A stretch of 64,000 nucleotides of DNA from a bacterium (GCA_013824265.1 PNNO01000001.1:41051-105050); one strand, 5' to 3'; counted from the stretch's first letter, positions 7,937 to 17,273 are shown. A program made the numbers and translations. The notes: generated by a model not told the origin, from the letters alone.

Positions 7937-8374
7937 ATGTTCAAAAAACTACTTACATTACTGTTTATTATAATAATTGGACTTGCGATTGTTCCAATGA
8001 CAAACGCGCAAAGAACAATTGATCCAAGCTTAAAACCGACCAACTCTCCGGGAGTACCGGGAACAGGTAGCGAAGAAGATTGCAAAAAAGCCGGAGGCAC
8101 CTGGAACAAAGAATCTCAATTATGCGCGGGTTTTGAAGACGAACCGATAAATGCCTTCATCCAAATACTGGCCGGAGCGGTACTTATGCTTTCCGGTGGA
8201 ATAGCTGTAATTGTTATTTCTGTTGGAGGAATTATGTATGTAACCTCAATGGGCAATCAACAACAACTTGAATTCGCAAAAAGCACACTAACTTACGGAG
8301 TAATCGGAATGCTTGTAATAATATTCTCATACTTCATTGTCAGATGGGTCCTACAAATAGTTATAGGGCTCTAG
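7937..8374 (+). CDS. T4SS-pilin-like small secreted membrane protein, paralog 5 of 5
   Basis: The protein has a signal peptide (AIVPMTNAQ) and an ectodomain with two Cys. The hairpin reads ISVGGIMYVTSMGNQQQLEFAKSTLTYGVIGMLVI. Confidence 0.6.
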   Translation: MFKKLLTLLFIIIIGLAIVPMTNAQRTIDPSLKPTNSPGVPGTGSEEDCKKAGGTWNKESQLCAGFEDEPINAFIQILAGAVLMLSGGIAVIVISVGGIMYVTSMGNQQQLEFAKSTLTYGVIGMLVIIFSYFIVRWVLQIVIGL

Positions 8375-9895
8375 CTAATTCGAATTTTCTATTCGCGGAA
8401 ACAATGGATCAACTTTACCGAGCTTTGTTCCTTCATTTAAAGTTCCCCATCTTTCAGCATCCCCAAAATTATCCGAAACAGATTTCTGATTAAGTCCATT
8501 TAGTATTTTCTCCGCAGCCTCAGGTATAAAAGGATAAAGAGCGTTCCCGACATGTCTTAACATTTCCAGCAAATTATATAAAATATCCTTTAATTTTTCC
8601 TGATCCTCCTTGGCAACGGACCATGGTTTTTCATCTTCAATATATTTATTGGCACCATCAACGTGATCAATAACCTCCTCAATAGCCTTCTTTAAATTAA
8701 ATTGATTCATTGCATCATGGTATTTCTCCCACATTGCCGAATATTTTACGGTAAAATTTTCATCTTTAGCGGATCTTCTTGGAACAACTCCGTCAAAATA
8801 TCTATTGGTCATGGAAAAAACACGATTAACCAAATTACCCAGATTGTTTGCCAGATCACTATTATAAAGCTCTTCAAATCTTTCAACCGTGAAATCTCCA
8901 TCATCAACCGTTGGAATTTCGCGAAGAAGATAATAACGCAATGAATCTCTTCCGTATTTTTCCGAAATATCAACTGGAGAAATTACATTTTGAAGAGACT
9001 TGCTCATTTTATGTCCTCCGGACGTTATAAATCCGTGCACATAAATGCTTTTTGGAAGCTCAAGTCCCGCAGAGAGAAGCATTCCAATCCAAATCCCCGC
9101 ATGAAATCTTAAAATATCTTTTCCGATCACATGAACATCCGCCGGCCAATATTTTTCGAATAAAACTCCTTCATGCTCATAATCCAAAGCGGTTATATAG
9201 TTTGAAAGAGCATCACACCAAACATACATTGTCTGATCCGGATCATTTGGGACATCAATCCCCCATTTTAATGATTCCTTTGGACGCGAAAAACTAATAT
9301 CAGTAAGCCCGTCTTTAAGTACATTCAAAAATTCTTTCTTTCTGGATTTAGGTAAAATCAACAGCTTATCGGATTCAATAAGCTGTTCGATTTCTTTTGA
9401 ATATTTAGAGAGTCTGAAAAAATAATTCTCCTCGGAAAACTTATGAGCAGGTTTTTTATGAATAGGACAATTCCCATCAACAAGATCTTTTTCGGTAACA
9501 TAAGCTTCACATCCACTACAATAAAATCCTTCATATTTATCTTTATAAATATCACCATTTTCAAGAAGCTTCATCCACAATTTGCCGGCCCCTGATTTAT
9601 GCCTATCTGAAGTTGTCCTTATAAAATCGTCATAAGACAAATTAAGCTGATCTTTTAAATCCATATTCAATTTGGCGATCATATCAACATGTTCCTGTGC
9701 AGTCATTCCAAGATCAACCGCAGTGTCCGCTATCTTCATTCCATGCTCATCAGTACCCGTCAAAAAATAAACATCATCACCTATCATGCGATGATATCTT
9801 GCAAGTGCATCCGCCTGAATGGCTTCCATTGCAAAGCCTATGTGTGGCGCAGAATTTGCATAAGGAATTGCTGTCGTCACATAAAAACGCTCCAT
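8375..9895 (-). CDS. metG: Methionyl-tRNA synthetase (short form, no C-terminal tRNA-binding domain)
   Basis: The N-terminus is FYVTTAIPYANSAPHIGFAME (HIGH region). The KMSKS motif is present as HKMSKSLQNV, and a Cys-rich knuckle reads CSGCEAY...CPIH. Confidence 0.92.
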   Translation of the reverse strand: MERFYVTTAIPYANSAPHIGFAMEAIQADALARYHRMIGDDVYFLTGTDEHGMKIADTAVDLGMTAQEHVDMIAKLNMDLKDQLNLSYDDFIRTTSDRHKSGAGKLWMKLLENGDIYKDKYEGFYCSGCEAYVTEKDLVDGNCPIHKKPAHKFSEENYFFRLSKYSKEIEQLIESDKLLILPKSRKKEFLNVLKDGLTDISFSRPKESLKWGIDVPNDPDQTMYVWCDALSNYITALDYEHEGVLFEKYWPADVHVIGKDILRFHAGIWIGMLLSAGLELPKSIYVHGFITSGGHKMSKSLQNVISPVDISEKYGRDSLRYYLLREIPTVDDGDFTVERFEELYNSDLANNLGNLVNRVFSMTNRYFDGVVPRRSAKDENFTVKYSAMWEKYHDAMNQFNLKKAIEEVIDHVDGANKYIEDEKPWSVAKEDQEKLKDILYNLLEMLRHVGNALYPFIPEAAEKILNGLNQKSVSDNFGDAERWGTLNEGTKLGKVDPLFPRIENSN

Positions 9896-9944
9896 AATAA
9901 ATAGTTAATAACTCCCAATCATTCTAGCCGCATATGTAAAAGAT

Positions 9945-11120
9945 TCAAGAGGATGGTGTAAACCCTGCAGGATTTTCTTTACTTTTCTCGGTAACATCCG
10001 TTCGATAAAGTGAGAAGTTGAATACCGGCAAAAATCCTTCCGGCCTTATAAATGCCTCTATCTGTTGACGCAATTTCCCATAAGATCCGGTTGATTTTAT
10101 TTTTGCAAATTCACGAATAATTTCTTCATTAGGAACAATAATTCTATAGTAGATTTTAGCCTGTTGTTCCTTTGTTACACCGGGCTTTTCCTGAAGCACA
10201 TCAGGATTAAATATATTTGTAAGTGTAAGATAATTTGTTTTGTGACCTGACAAAAACTGACTAATCATAATTGGATCCGATTGAGTTGGGTCAAGAGGAT
10301 CCCAAATTTTTGATTGAGTTGTATAAGTTAGAGTTATGGGGTCAAATTCAAATACATAAGATTCACGTGCCCACTCCCAAAGAGAACCATTACAGGTTCC
10401 ATTATAAATAATTTCGCTGTCAGGATCTTTAAACGATCCACTGCTTTCCGCAGTTCCCAAGCAAGTCGGCTTCGTTGGAGTACTACCTACAAAAACCGGC
10501 ATATAATCACCTATAGATTCAGTATAAAAACTTTTTCCATCCGGAGCATCACTGGTTTTTATACCAGTAATTTTCCATCTCAGCATGTCTATATAAAGAT
10601 TTGTAACGGCGGCACTATATTGAGGAGCAACCTCAGCATCAATAAAAAATTCTATTCTGAAATTTTTAATTTCCAGGATATCCCCATCTTCACCAACTGT
10701 AAATAACGGAACACTTATACTCTCGCTTAAATCAAGAACGTTATATTGATATTGTTTTGGAGAATCCTGTGCAATTTCCTTATTTATAATTTCAGTATCA
10801 ACATACGGATATGTATGTGTTCTGTTTTCAATTGAATATTCAAATGTCAAATCTTCATCAAGTTTGAAATCGCCATAAATTCCTTTATACATTCCTCCTT
10901 CAGTTTCATACCCCGGAAGATTTTGATTTAAATCCAAAAGTGCACTTTCTATGCCGGACTCAGCCGCATAATAAGCCTTTCCGGAATTTATAATATCATT
11001 TGTTATTCTTACTTCTCTTATTACAAGGTTACTTAATCCAAGAGCAAGAGTCATAAGTATACCCATTATCAAAAATGCGATTATAAGCGCGCTACCTTTT
11101 TGTGTTTTATTTATATTCAT
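9945..11120 (-). CDS. PilX-like type IV pilus minor component with a large C-terminal domain
   Basis: The N-terminus KGSALIIAFLIMGILMTLALGLSNLVIREVRI is typical of the PilX N-terminal domain. It is the last gene of the minor-pilin block. Confidence 0.6.
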   Translation of the reverse strand: MNINKTQKGSALIIAFLIMGILMTLALGLSNLVIREVRITNDIINSGKAYYAAESGIESALLDLNQNLPGYETEGGMYKGIYGDFKLDEDLTFEYSIENRTHTYPYVDTEIINKEIAQDSPKQYQYNVLDLSESISVPLFTVGEDGDILEIKNFRIEFFIDAEVAPQYSAAVTNLYIDMLRWKITGIKTSDAPDGKSFYTESIGDYMPVFVGSTPTKPTCLGTAESSGSFKDPDSEIIYNGTCNGSLWEWARESYVFEFDPITLTYTTQSKIWDPLDPTQSDPIMISQFLSGHKTNYLTLTNIFNPDVLQEKPGVTKEQQAKIYYRIIVPNEEIIREFAKIKSTGSYGKLRQQIEAFIRPEGFLPVFNFSLYRTDVTEKSKENPAGFTPSS

Positions 11121-11123
11121 ATG

Positions 11124-11798
11124 CTACAAATTTGTTTGATGATCATAGACTCTTGAAGAAATGGTTGTTTGTAAATCCAGCTCAAAATTACCCGCCTGTT
11201 CATTTGTACTTCTTATTGTCGTATAAATACTCACAGCAGGCTGAAACTGAATTGCCCCGCAACCTATATTATTTGGATCAAATGGATCAACAAGTGGAGA
11301 AGCCTCAAAAACAAAATTATTTATCTCTATGTTTTTTAAAACTATCTCCGCGTAACCTTCTTCAAAACCATCGGCGCTGGTCCAAAAAAAAGTTTCCGGA
11401 TCTTTCTGTTCTTTATAATAATAAAGTTTCTTTTTCCCCTCCTGAATATCATCTTCAACCAAGAATACGGTTCTTTGAGTGCCCTCGTTATCAACAAGCG
11501 CAATATAATTTGATTTGGAAACACCGTTGAGCTCCAAACATCCGGCGGAAGTTGCAGTTTGACTAACAACTGAAACCGGACAACCATAATCAACCGTTTT
11601 AGATCTAACCTCGCTACCAATTAAATCAAAGATATATCTCATTTCCGAATAAACGGCCCTTACCGCATTTGCTTCCCTTTGAGACCTTGCAATATCAAGA
11701 TAAGCGCTACTCACTGATGTTATAAAAATCATAAAAATCGTGATTGCAACAAGCACTTCTATTAAAGTAAATCCTTTTTGTGTCTTTGTTTTTATCAT
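11124..11798 (-). CDS. Prepilin-type minor pilin, PilW-like
   Basis: A class III signal is present: KG|FTLIEVLVAITIFMI, with Glu at +5. Confidence 0.65.
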   Translation of the reverse strand: MIKTKTQKGFTLIEVLVAITIFMIFITSVSSAYLDIARSQREANAVRAVYSEMRYIFDLIGSEVRSKTVDYGCPVSVVSQTATSAGCLELNGVSKSNYIALVDNEGTQRTVFLVEDDIQEGKKKLYYYKEQKDPETFFWTSADGFEEGYAEIVLKNIEINNFVFEASPLVDPFDPNNIGCGAIQFQPAVSIYTTIRSTNEQAGNFELDLQTTISSRVYDHQTNL

Positions 11799-11805
11799 AT
11801 GTACT

Positions 11806-12453
11806 TTAATTTTCAGACTTCCAGTCGGTTAAAATTGTAGGTACTCTTATAGACTTTGTAACACCTCTCTCGTCCCATTCAACAACTGCCGTAATTCCGA
11901 TTTTCAAAGCATCGGCGTCTTCATCCGAAGCTTCTTGGTACGGAACTGTTTTTATCTCAACCCACCTTTTAAACCCGCTAAAATTTGCACCAATTTGATG
12001 AGTATATTCGGTATAATTAGAGACTCCTCCATAATAAAGTTTACTACCTTCGTCGGAGTAAATAGAGATTTCCCATGGAGCTGCGTATCTTACAGTTTCA
12101 ACACTGTTAACAAATTCCAATGGTTGAGTACACTCATCACCTTTGAAAAGTGAATGTTTTTTCCCGATTATATATTTACCGTCTTCAAAAAAATTCTCGC
12201 CAAAGAAATTATATTTATCGCTTCCTCTCCAATTTTGATTTTGAAGCCAATTACTATCCCTTACATTTCTAAATCCTTCCAAAGCCTCTTGTGCAAGGTT
12301 GTAAGCAATTATTCTATTAACATTGTTTCTGTTGGCACGCATAGATGAAACAAGAAGATTGGTTGCAGTTAGAATAATTAAAACAACAAGTGAAATTGCC
12401 ACAATTACTTCCGGTATGGAAAATCCTCTTTTTTTATTGTAATTATTATTCAT
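11806..12453 (-). CDS. Prepilin-type minor pilin, PilV-like
   Basis: A class III signal is present: RG|FSIPEVIVAISLVVLI, with Glu at +5. I chose the start at 12453 (MNNNYNKKRGF), which overlaps the upstream stop by 8 nt. Confidence 0.65.
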   Translation of the reverse strand: MNNNYNKKRGFSIPEVIVAISLVVLIILTATNLLVSSMRANRNNVNRIIAYNLAQEALEGFRNVRDSNWLQNQNWRGSDKYNFFGENFFEDGKYIIGKKHSLFKGDECTQPLEFVNSVETVRYAAPWEISIYSDEGSKLYYGGVSNYTEYTHQIGANFSGFKRWVEIKTVPYQEASDEDADALKIGITAVVEWDERGVTKSIRVPTILTDWKSEN

Positions 12454-13054
12454 TTTGAACAAATGTTTGTGAATAAACACTTCCCGTTAAAACATTAAAT
12501 ATAACTTCCCTCTTATTTAAATCTTCATCTGAATCCGGATAGCCAATTACTATTCTAAGTTCAGGATTACCTTGTACGACTGCCGGCTTTTCAAATTCTA
12601 TATTCCCATCGGGCGGTGCGAAAAAAATCTGCATTTCTTCACCAATATCATTTCCGTAAAATAATAAATCTTTAACGACAATATCTTTTTCCTTATCTAT
12701 GAGCAGTAATTGCTTTGCATTTTGAATGTCACATTGAGACCCCTCCTGTTTCAATCTGTCATAATTGGCTGTAAGTGGAGTAACAAACTCTCCCTCTTTA
12801 ACAATAAATCCAAAACATAAGGAAGTCGCATCGGCAATTTTGGAATCATTTTCCTGGTAATAACCAGCACGTGTTTTATCACGCGCTTCAACAATTGTTG
12901 ATTGTAAATAATTAACGGCTATATCCAACTTAACCTTCTTTCTAACAACACCGTAACTTGAAACCCCAATCAAAATAACAAGACTTATAACCGCAAGGAC
13001 TATAAGTATTTCAACCAAAGTAAAACCTTTTTTTTTTGAATTTGATACTGACAT
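12446..13054 (-). CDS. Prepilin-type minor pilin, FimT/FimU/GspH-like
   Basis: A class III signal is present: KKG|FTLVEILIVLAVISLV. The following helix YLQSTIVEARDKTRAG is typical of the GspH/FimT family. Confidence 0.65.
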   Translation of the reverse strand: MSVSNSKKKGFTLVEILIVLAVISLVILIGVSSYGVVRKKVKLDIAVNYLQSTIVEARDKTRAGYYQENDSKIADATSLCFGFIVKEGEFVTPLTANYDRLKQEGSQCDIQNAKQLLLIDKEKDIVVKDLLFYGNDIGEEMQIFFAPPDGNIEFEKPAVVQGNPELRIVIGYPDSDEDLNKREVIFNVLTGSVYSQTFVQNE

Positions 13055-14277
13055 TAAACAAGCTTAGTTAAATCAAATATCGGCATAAGTATTGCCAAAG
13101 CAAGTAGCGCAACAACTATACCAACGAACAAAATCATCAATGGTTCAAAAAGCGAAGTTAGTCTTTTAAGTGAATTATCTATCTCTCTATCGTAATGATC
13201 TGCGATCTTTTGTGAAATAGACCCAATGGCCGCAGTTCCCTCGGCAATATTTAACATCTGAGTAACGGTTTCCGGAAAAAGAAAAGGGGCATCCTCAAGA
13301 TTCGTTGAAATCTTTTCACCGGCTTGAACTTTTTTAATCACTTCCCAAATCTTAACTCTGTAAGGTGCACTATTAATTGAGCCACCTATAATTTGAAGTG
13401 TCTTTAAAACAGGCAATCCGGATTCAACCAATATTCCAAGCAGACTTATGAAACGTAAAACCAAAACTTTTCTCATTAAAGAACCTACAACTGGAATACG
13501 AAGTTTAAAATAATCACTTTGAAATTTACCAACCTCGGTTCCCCTGTAAACTTTGTAGAGTAAATAAATTACTAAAACTACAATCGCTACAAGCCACCAA
13601 TAACTTCCAATAAATCCGCTTATCCCAATAAGAATTTTTGTAGCCGTAGGGAATTGATCCTGTGAAAGACCTCCCTCTTCCAACAAATTTATAAGAGTTG
13701 GAACTATCCATATCATCATGGCGGTAGCAACTCCAAGCAAAACAAGAAGAACTATCATCGGATAAGTTGCGGCCGTAATAAGTTTAACCTGCAAAGCATG
13801 ACTTTTCTCAGTCTGCTCGGAAAGTTTGAAAAGCATTTTATTTAAATTTCCGGCAGCTTCTCCGGCCTTTATAACTCCAAGTTCGGCATCCGTAAAAACA
13901 TCCGGGAATCGAGCCATCGAATCCGAAAGAGAAGCCCCGCTGGAAGTTGAATATGACAATGTATTTAAAATTCTTTGAAACCTTAAATTTTCAGTTTTGT
14001 TGGCAAGCACTTTTAAAGTTTGTAGCATAGGAATACCGGCATCTATCATTACTGCCATTAAATGAAAGAAGTATGCCTTTTCTTTTAGGCTGACCCCTGT
14101 GTTATCAATAAAAAAATCGTTCAGTTTTGTAAAAATTGAAGCTTTTCTATTATCATAAACACCATAAATTGCCGTTTCTTTTTTCTTTGTTCCCCTTTTG
14201 GAAATGCCCGAAAGAAGCGACTTTACTTTGTCACTGGATTCATCCTTTCCTTTTTGATCGTCATATTGATTAGACAT
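13054..14277 (-). CDS. pilC: Type IV pilus platform protein PilC (GspF family)
   Basis: Two GspF-type repeats are present, each with a TM segment. Examples are FFHLMAVMIDAGIPMLQTL and VLRFISLLGILVESGLPVLKTL. Confidence 0.88.
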   Translation of the reverse strand: MSNQYDDQKGKDESSDKVKSLLSGISKRGTKKKETAIYGVYDNRKASIFTKLNDFFIDNTGVSLKEKAYFFHLMAVMIDAGIPMLQTLKVLANKTENLRFQRILNTLSYSTSSGASLSDSMARFPDVFTDAELGVIKAGEAAGNLNKMLFKLSEQTEKSHALQVKLITAATYPMIVLLVLLGVATAMMIWIVPTLINLLEEGGLSQDQFPTATKILIGISGFIGSYWWLVAIVVLVIYLLYKVYRGTEVGKFQSDYFKLRIPVVGSLMRKVLVLRFISLLGILVESGLPVLKTLQIIGGSINSAPYRVKIWEVIKKVQAGEKISTNLEDAPFLFPETVTQMLNIAEGTAAIGSISQKIADHYDREIDNSLKRLTSLFEPLMILFVGIVVALLALAILMPIFDLTKLV

Positions 14278-14298
14278 GAATTTGTTTTAAGTTAGACA

Positions 14299-14844
14299 CT
14301 AAAGATAATAAGCCCCTATGTTAAGGCTCATGTTTTCAAGCCCATTCTCAAGAACCTGAACGCCCATTGTGTTAACGCTGAATTTTCGCCCATCTTTTTC
14401 AAGAGCCTTTAGAAAATTAATAAGATTTTTGTGGGTACCCGAAACATTGGTAGTAATCGAAAGAACACTGTAATTACCACCTTTATTGTTACTTACGCCA
14501 AAGCTAAGAGAATTTATGGTTGCTTCATTTTCCTCTGAATATTTTGCCAATGTGCGAATAATTTCTCCCTGCTCAAGGTCCTCCGGAATTAAATTTAAGA
14601 CATCGTTCTGTGTAACTTCTCCGCCACTAAAAGAATCTTTAACGGACTGCAATCTGCTAAGTTCGCTTTTAACTTTATTCAATTGAGTTTCCTTTTGCGT
14701 AAGATCAGCCTTTAATTGATCAAACGAATCTTTCTTTGGAAAAACAAAGATAAATAATCCTACAACCGCCACAACAAGTAGGACGACGGACAAAACCCTA
14801 GAGAAACTAAAATTAGATTGAATTGGTTTTTGTTCGATAGACAT
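14299..14844 (-). CDS. PilO-like pilus assembly protein
   Basis: The architecture is an N-terminal TM helix, a coiled coil (LKADLTQKETQLNKVKSELSRLQ) and a small alpha/beta domain. The gene sits between the pilN-like gene and pilC. Confidence 0.5.
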   Translation of the reverse strand: MSIEQKPIQSNFSFSRVLSVVLLVVAVVGLFIFVFPKKDSFDQLKADLTQKETQLNKVKSELSRLQSVKDSFSGGEVTQNDVLNLIPEDLEQGEIIRTLAKYSEENEATINSLSFGVSNNKGGNYSVLSITTNVSGTHKNLINFLKALEKDGRKFSVNTMGVQVLENGLENMSLNIGAYYL

Positions 14845-14863
14845 ATTTTTTTATTTTTAATTA

Positions 14864-15454
14864 TTATTTTCTTGGGACATCTACGCCTTCCTCTGCAGAA
14901 TTCCCCTCCGTATATGAAGGCTTATAAGTAACGTTTAAAATAAAAGAAAGAATTGTTTCTTCATTTTCTGAAACACTTTTACTAATTGAAGGAACAAAGG
15001 CCTCTGCAAAATCGGGATTTTCATTAAATGCATCTATTGTCTTTGCAACGGAATTCAAAAGCTCACGAACATCGGTTGAAGGATAAGTTCTGCCATTAAG
15101 AGTAAGTCTCCCACCTTCTGCGCCACTGTAAGAAGTAAATTCAACAAGCGCACGCAAGGCAACAAGATCCTTTGGGGTTATATTAACAATTGCTCCCATA
15201 ACTTCCGACCATTCAACCTCACTTGAAGAAATAACTTCAAGCGCAGAAACCGCGTTTTGCGCGGAAACAATGTCGTTTGATTTTAAATCTTCCAGTTGAT
15301 TGCTTATTTCAGCTATTTGCTGATCGACATTTTTTATTTGATCATTTATAGCTCCGGCCTGTGAATTGTAATAACCAAACCCAAGCGCGACGCCAAGAAC
15401 AAATATAAAAGCCAAGAAAAGAATGAACGGGAATTTTTTTGTTGAATGTTCCAT
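14864..15454 (-). CDS. PilN-like pilus assembly protein
   Basis: The architecture is an N-terminal TM helix, a coiled coil (IKNVDQQIAEISNQLEDLK) and a periplasmic domain. It is the first gene of the minus-strand pilus block. Confidence 0.45.
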   Translation of the reverse strand: MEHSTKKFPFILFLAFIFVLGVALGFGYYNSQAGAINDQIKNVDQQIAEISNQLEDLKSNDIVSAQNAVSALEVISSSEVEWSEVMGAIVNITPKDLVALRALVEFTSYSGAEGGRLTLNGRTYPSTDVRELLNSVAKTIDAFNENPDFAEAFVPSISKSVSENEETILSFILNVTYKPSYTEGNSAEEGVDVPRK

Positions 15455-15535
15455 AATTGCGATTTTTTATTTTTATTTTGTTTATCTGTACATTATACTA
15501 TTAAATCTAAGGGAAATCAATAAAGGAAGCGACAA

Positions 15536-15886
15536 ATGGGATCTCAAAAACGGTCAAAAAATTCACAGGAAAGAAAGAATTTTATAATGAAAAATGAGTC
15601 TTTTGCGTGTAACTACTGCGGAAAAGAGAATGATCCGTTAAAAGGCGGGTGCAGAAATCACTGCAAATACTGTCTTTATTCAAAACATGTTGATGACAAA
15701 ATCCCCGGAGACAGAGAAAGCAAATGCGGCCAATTAATGCAACCTTTAGAGTTGGACAATTCCGGATCAAAAGGATATGTAATTGTTCATAAATGCACCA
15801 AATGCGGCAAAGAGATAAGAAATAAAACAGCCCCGGACGACTCAATTGAGGCAATTATCGCACTAAGTAAACATAAAGAGCTATGA
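15536..15886 (+). CDS. RNHCP domain zinc-ribbon protein
   Basis: The product contains CNYCGKENDPLKGGCRNHCKYCLYSKHVD...HKCTKCGK, with the literal RNHC motif and paired CxxC motifs. An alternative start is at 15587. The stop overlaps the tilS start (ATGA). Confidence 0.7.
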   Translation: MGSQKRSKNSQERKNFIMKNESFACNYCGKENDPLKGGCRNHCKYCLYSKHVDDKIPGDRESKCGQLMQPLELDNSGSKGYVIVHKCTKCGKEIRNKTAPDDSIEAIIALSKHKEL

Positions 15887-17235
15887 ACACCACCGTTTTA
15901 AAACATATAGTTGAGAATATACGGCCAAAAAGCACGGTCATTCTGGCTTTTTCAGGAGGACCTGATTCCATTTATCTATTCCATCAGCTTTTGGAAGCCA
16001 AAAAAAAGCTTTCTTTTAAAATCGTACTTGCACACTTAAATCATAAATTAAGAGGCAAAGAAAGTGACGCAGATGAGAATTTTTGTCTAATTTTCGCCAA
16101 AAACAACAATACTCCAATTGAAATCGAAGAGAAAAATATCTCAAGCATAAAGGGAAATTTGGAAGATAACGCAAGAAAGTTTAGATACGTTTTTCTGGAA
16201 GAAGTAAGGAAAAAATATAAGGCCGATTTCATCCTCACGGCTCATCATCTTGATGACAATATCGAAACGTTTTTGATGAATTTCCTAAGAGGATCTGGAC
16301 TAAAAGGCCTTAGTGGCATGCAAATAAAGTCTTCAAAGATACTCAGGCCGCTTCTTGAAACCACAAAAGATGAAATACTGAAATATTTAAAGAAAAATTC
16401 CATAAAATTCCGTACGGATAAAACTAACTTTGACGATTCATATACAAGAAACAATATAAGAAAAAATATCCTGCCACTTTTGAAGAAGATTCAACCATCC
16501 TTAAAAGACGTATTTTTGCGTAACTGGGAAACGCTTTCCGAAACACAGCGATTCATAGACAAAGAAGCCGAGAAATGGATTTTAAAAAACATGAAAAAAC
16601 AGTACAAAGTGCCAATAAAAACATTCAAAAATGTTGATAAATTTATGCAAACCGTGATTATAAAAAATCTTTTCAATTTGTATCACAAAACAAACGATAA
16701 TCTTTCCAAAGACATGGTGGAAAGGGCTCAAAAAATAATAAATGAGGAAAAGACGGGTAAAAATGTACCTTTTGGCAAAAATACTTTACTGATTATAAAC
16801 TATGATTCATTTGAAATAACCGCAGGCAGTAAGCAAAAACAACTTCCCCGCAAGAAGCTTGAAATCCCCGGAGAAACAACGTATTCAAATATAAAAATAT
16901 CATCAAAATTATTGAAAGAAATCCCGAAGAATCTTTCAAAAGATGTTTATATAGATTACTCAAAATGTAATTTACCCTTATATGTAAGAGGAAAAAAGGA
17001 TGGTGATAAATTTAAGAACATCGGTATGAAAGGAACTCAAAAATTGCAGGATTTTTTCGTTAACAAAAAGATTCCAAATAATAAGAGACACCTTATTCCC
17101 CTTATTGTAGACAAAAATGACGAGATAATAGCTGTCGGAAGCATGGCTGTATCCGATCTTCACAAAATAACGACCAATACCAAAAAAATCATAGCTGTTA
17201 GCTTTGAACCTGCACTTGAAAACAAGCAGAAATAA
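15883..17235 (+). CDS. tilS: tRNA(Ile)-lysidine synthetase
   Basis: The PP-loop is present (ILAFSGGPDSIYL), followed by LAHLNHKLRG and TAHHLDDNIETFLMN. The C-terminal TilS domain is also present. Confidence 0.9.
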   Translation: MNTTVLKHIVENIRPKSTVILAFSGGPDSIYLFHQLLEAKKKLSFKIVLAHLNHKLRGKESDADENFCLIFAKNNNTPIEIEEKNISSIKGNLEDNARKFRYVFLEEVRKKYKADFILTAHHLDDNIETFLMNFLRGSGLKGLSGMQIKSSKILRPLLETTKDEILKYLKKNSIKFRTDKTNFDDSYTRNNIRKNILPLLKKIQPSLKDVFLRNWETLSETQRFIDKEAEKWILKNMKKQYKVPIKTFKNVDKFMQTVIIKNLFNLYHKTNDNLSKDMVERAQKIINEEKTGKNVPFGKNTLLIINYDSFEITAGSKQKQLPRKKLEIPGETTYSNIKISSKLLKEIPKNLSKDVYIDYSKCNLPLYVRGKKDGDKFKNIGMKGTQKLQDFFVNKKIPNNKRHLIPLIVDKNDEIIAVGSMAVSDLHKITTNTKKIIAVSFEPALENKQK

Positions 17236-17273
17236 AGTAAACTGTAACTACTTTACTAACATATAAATTTGTC

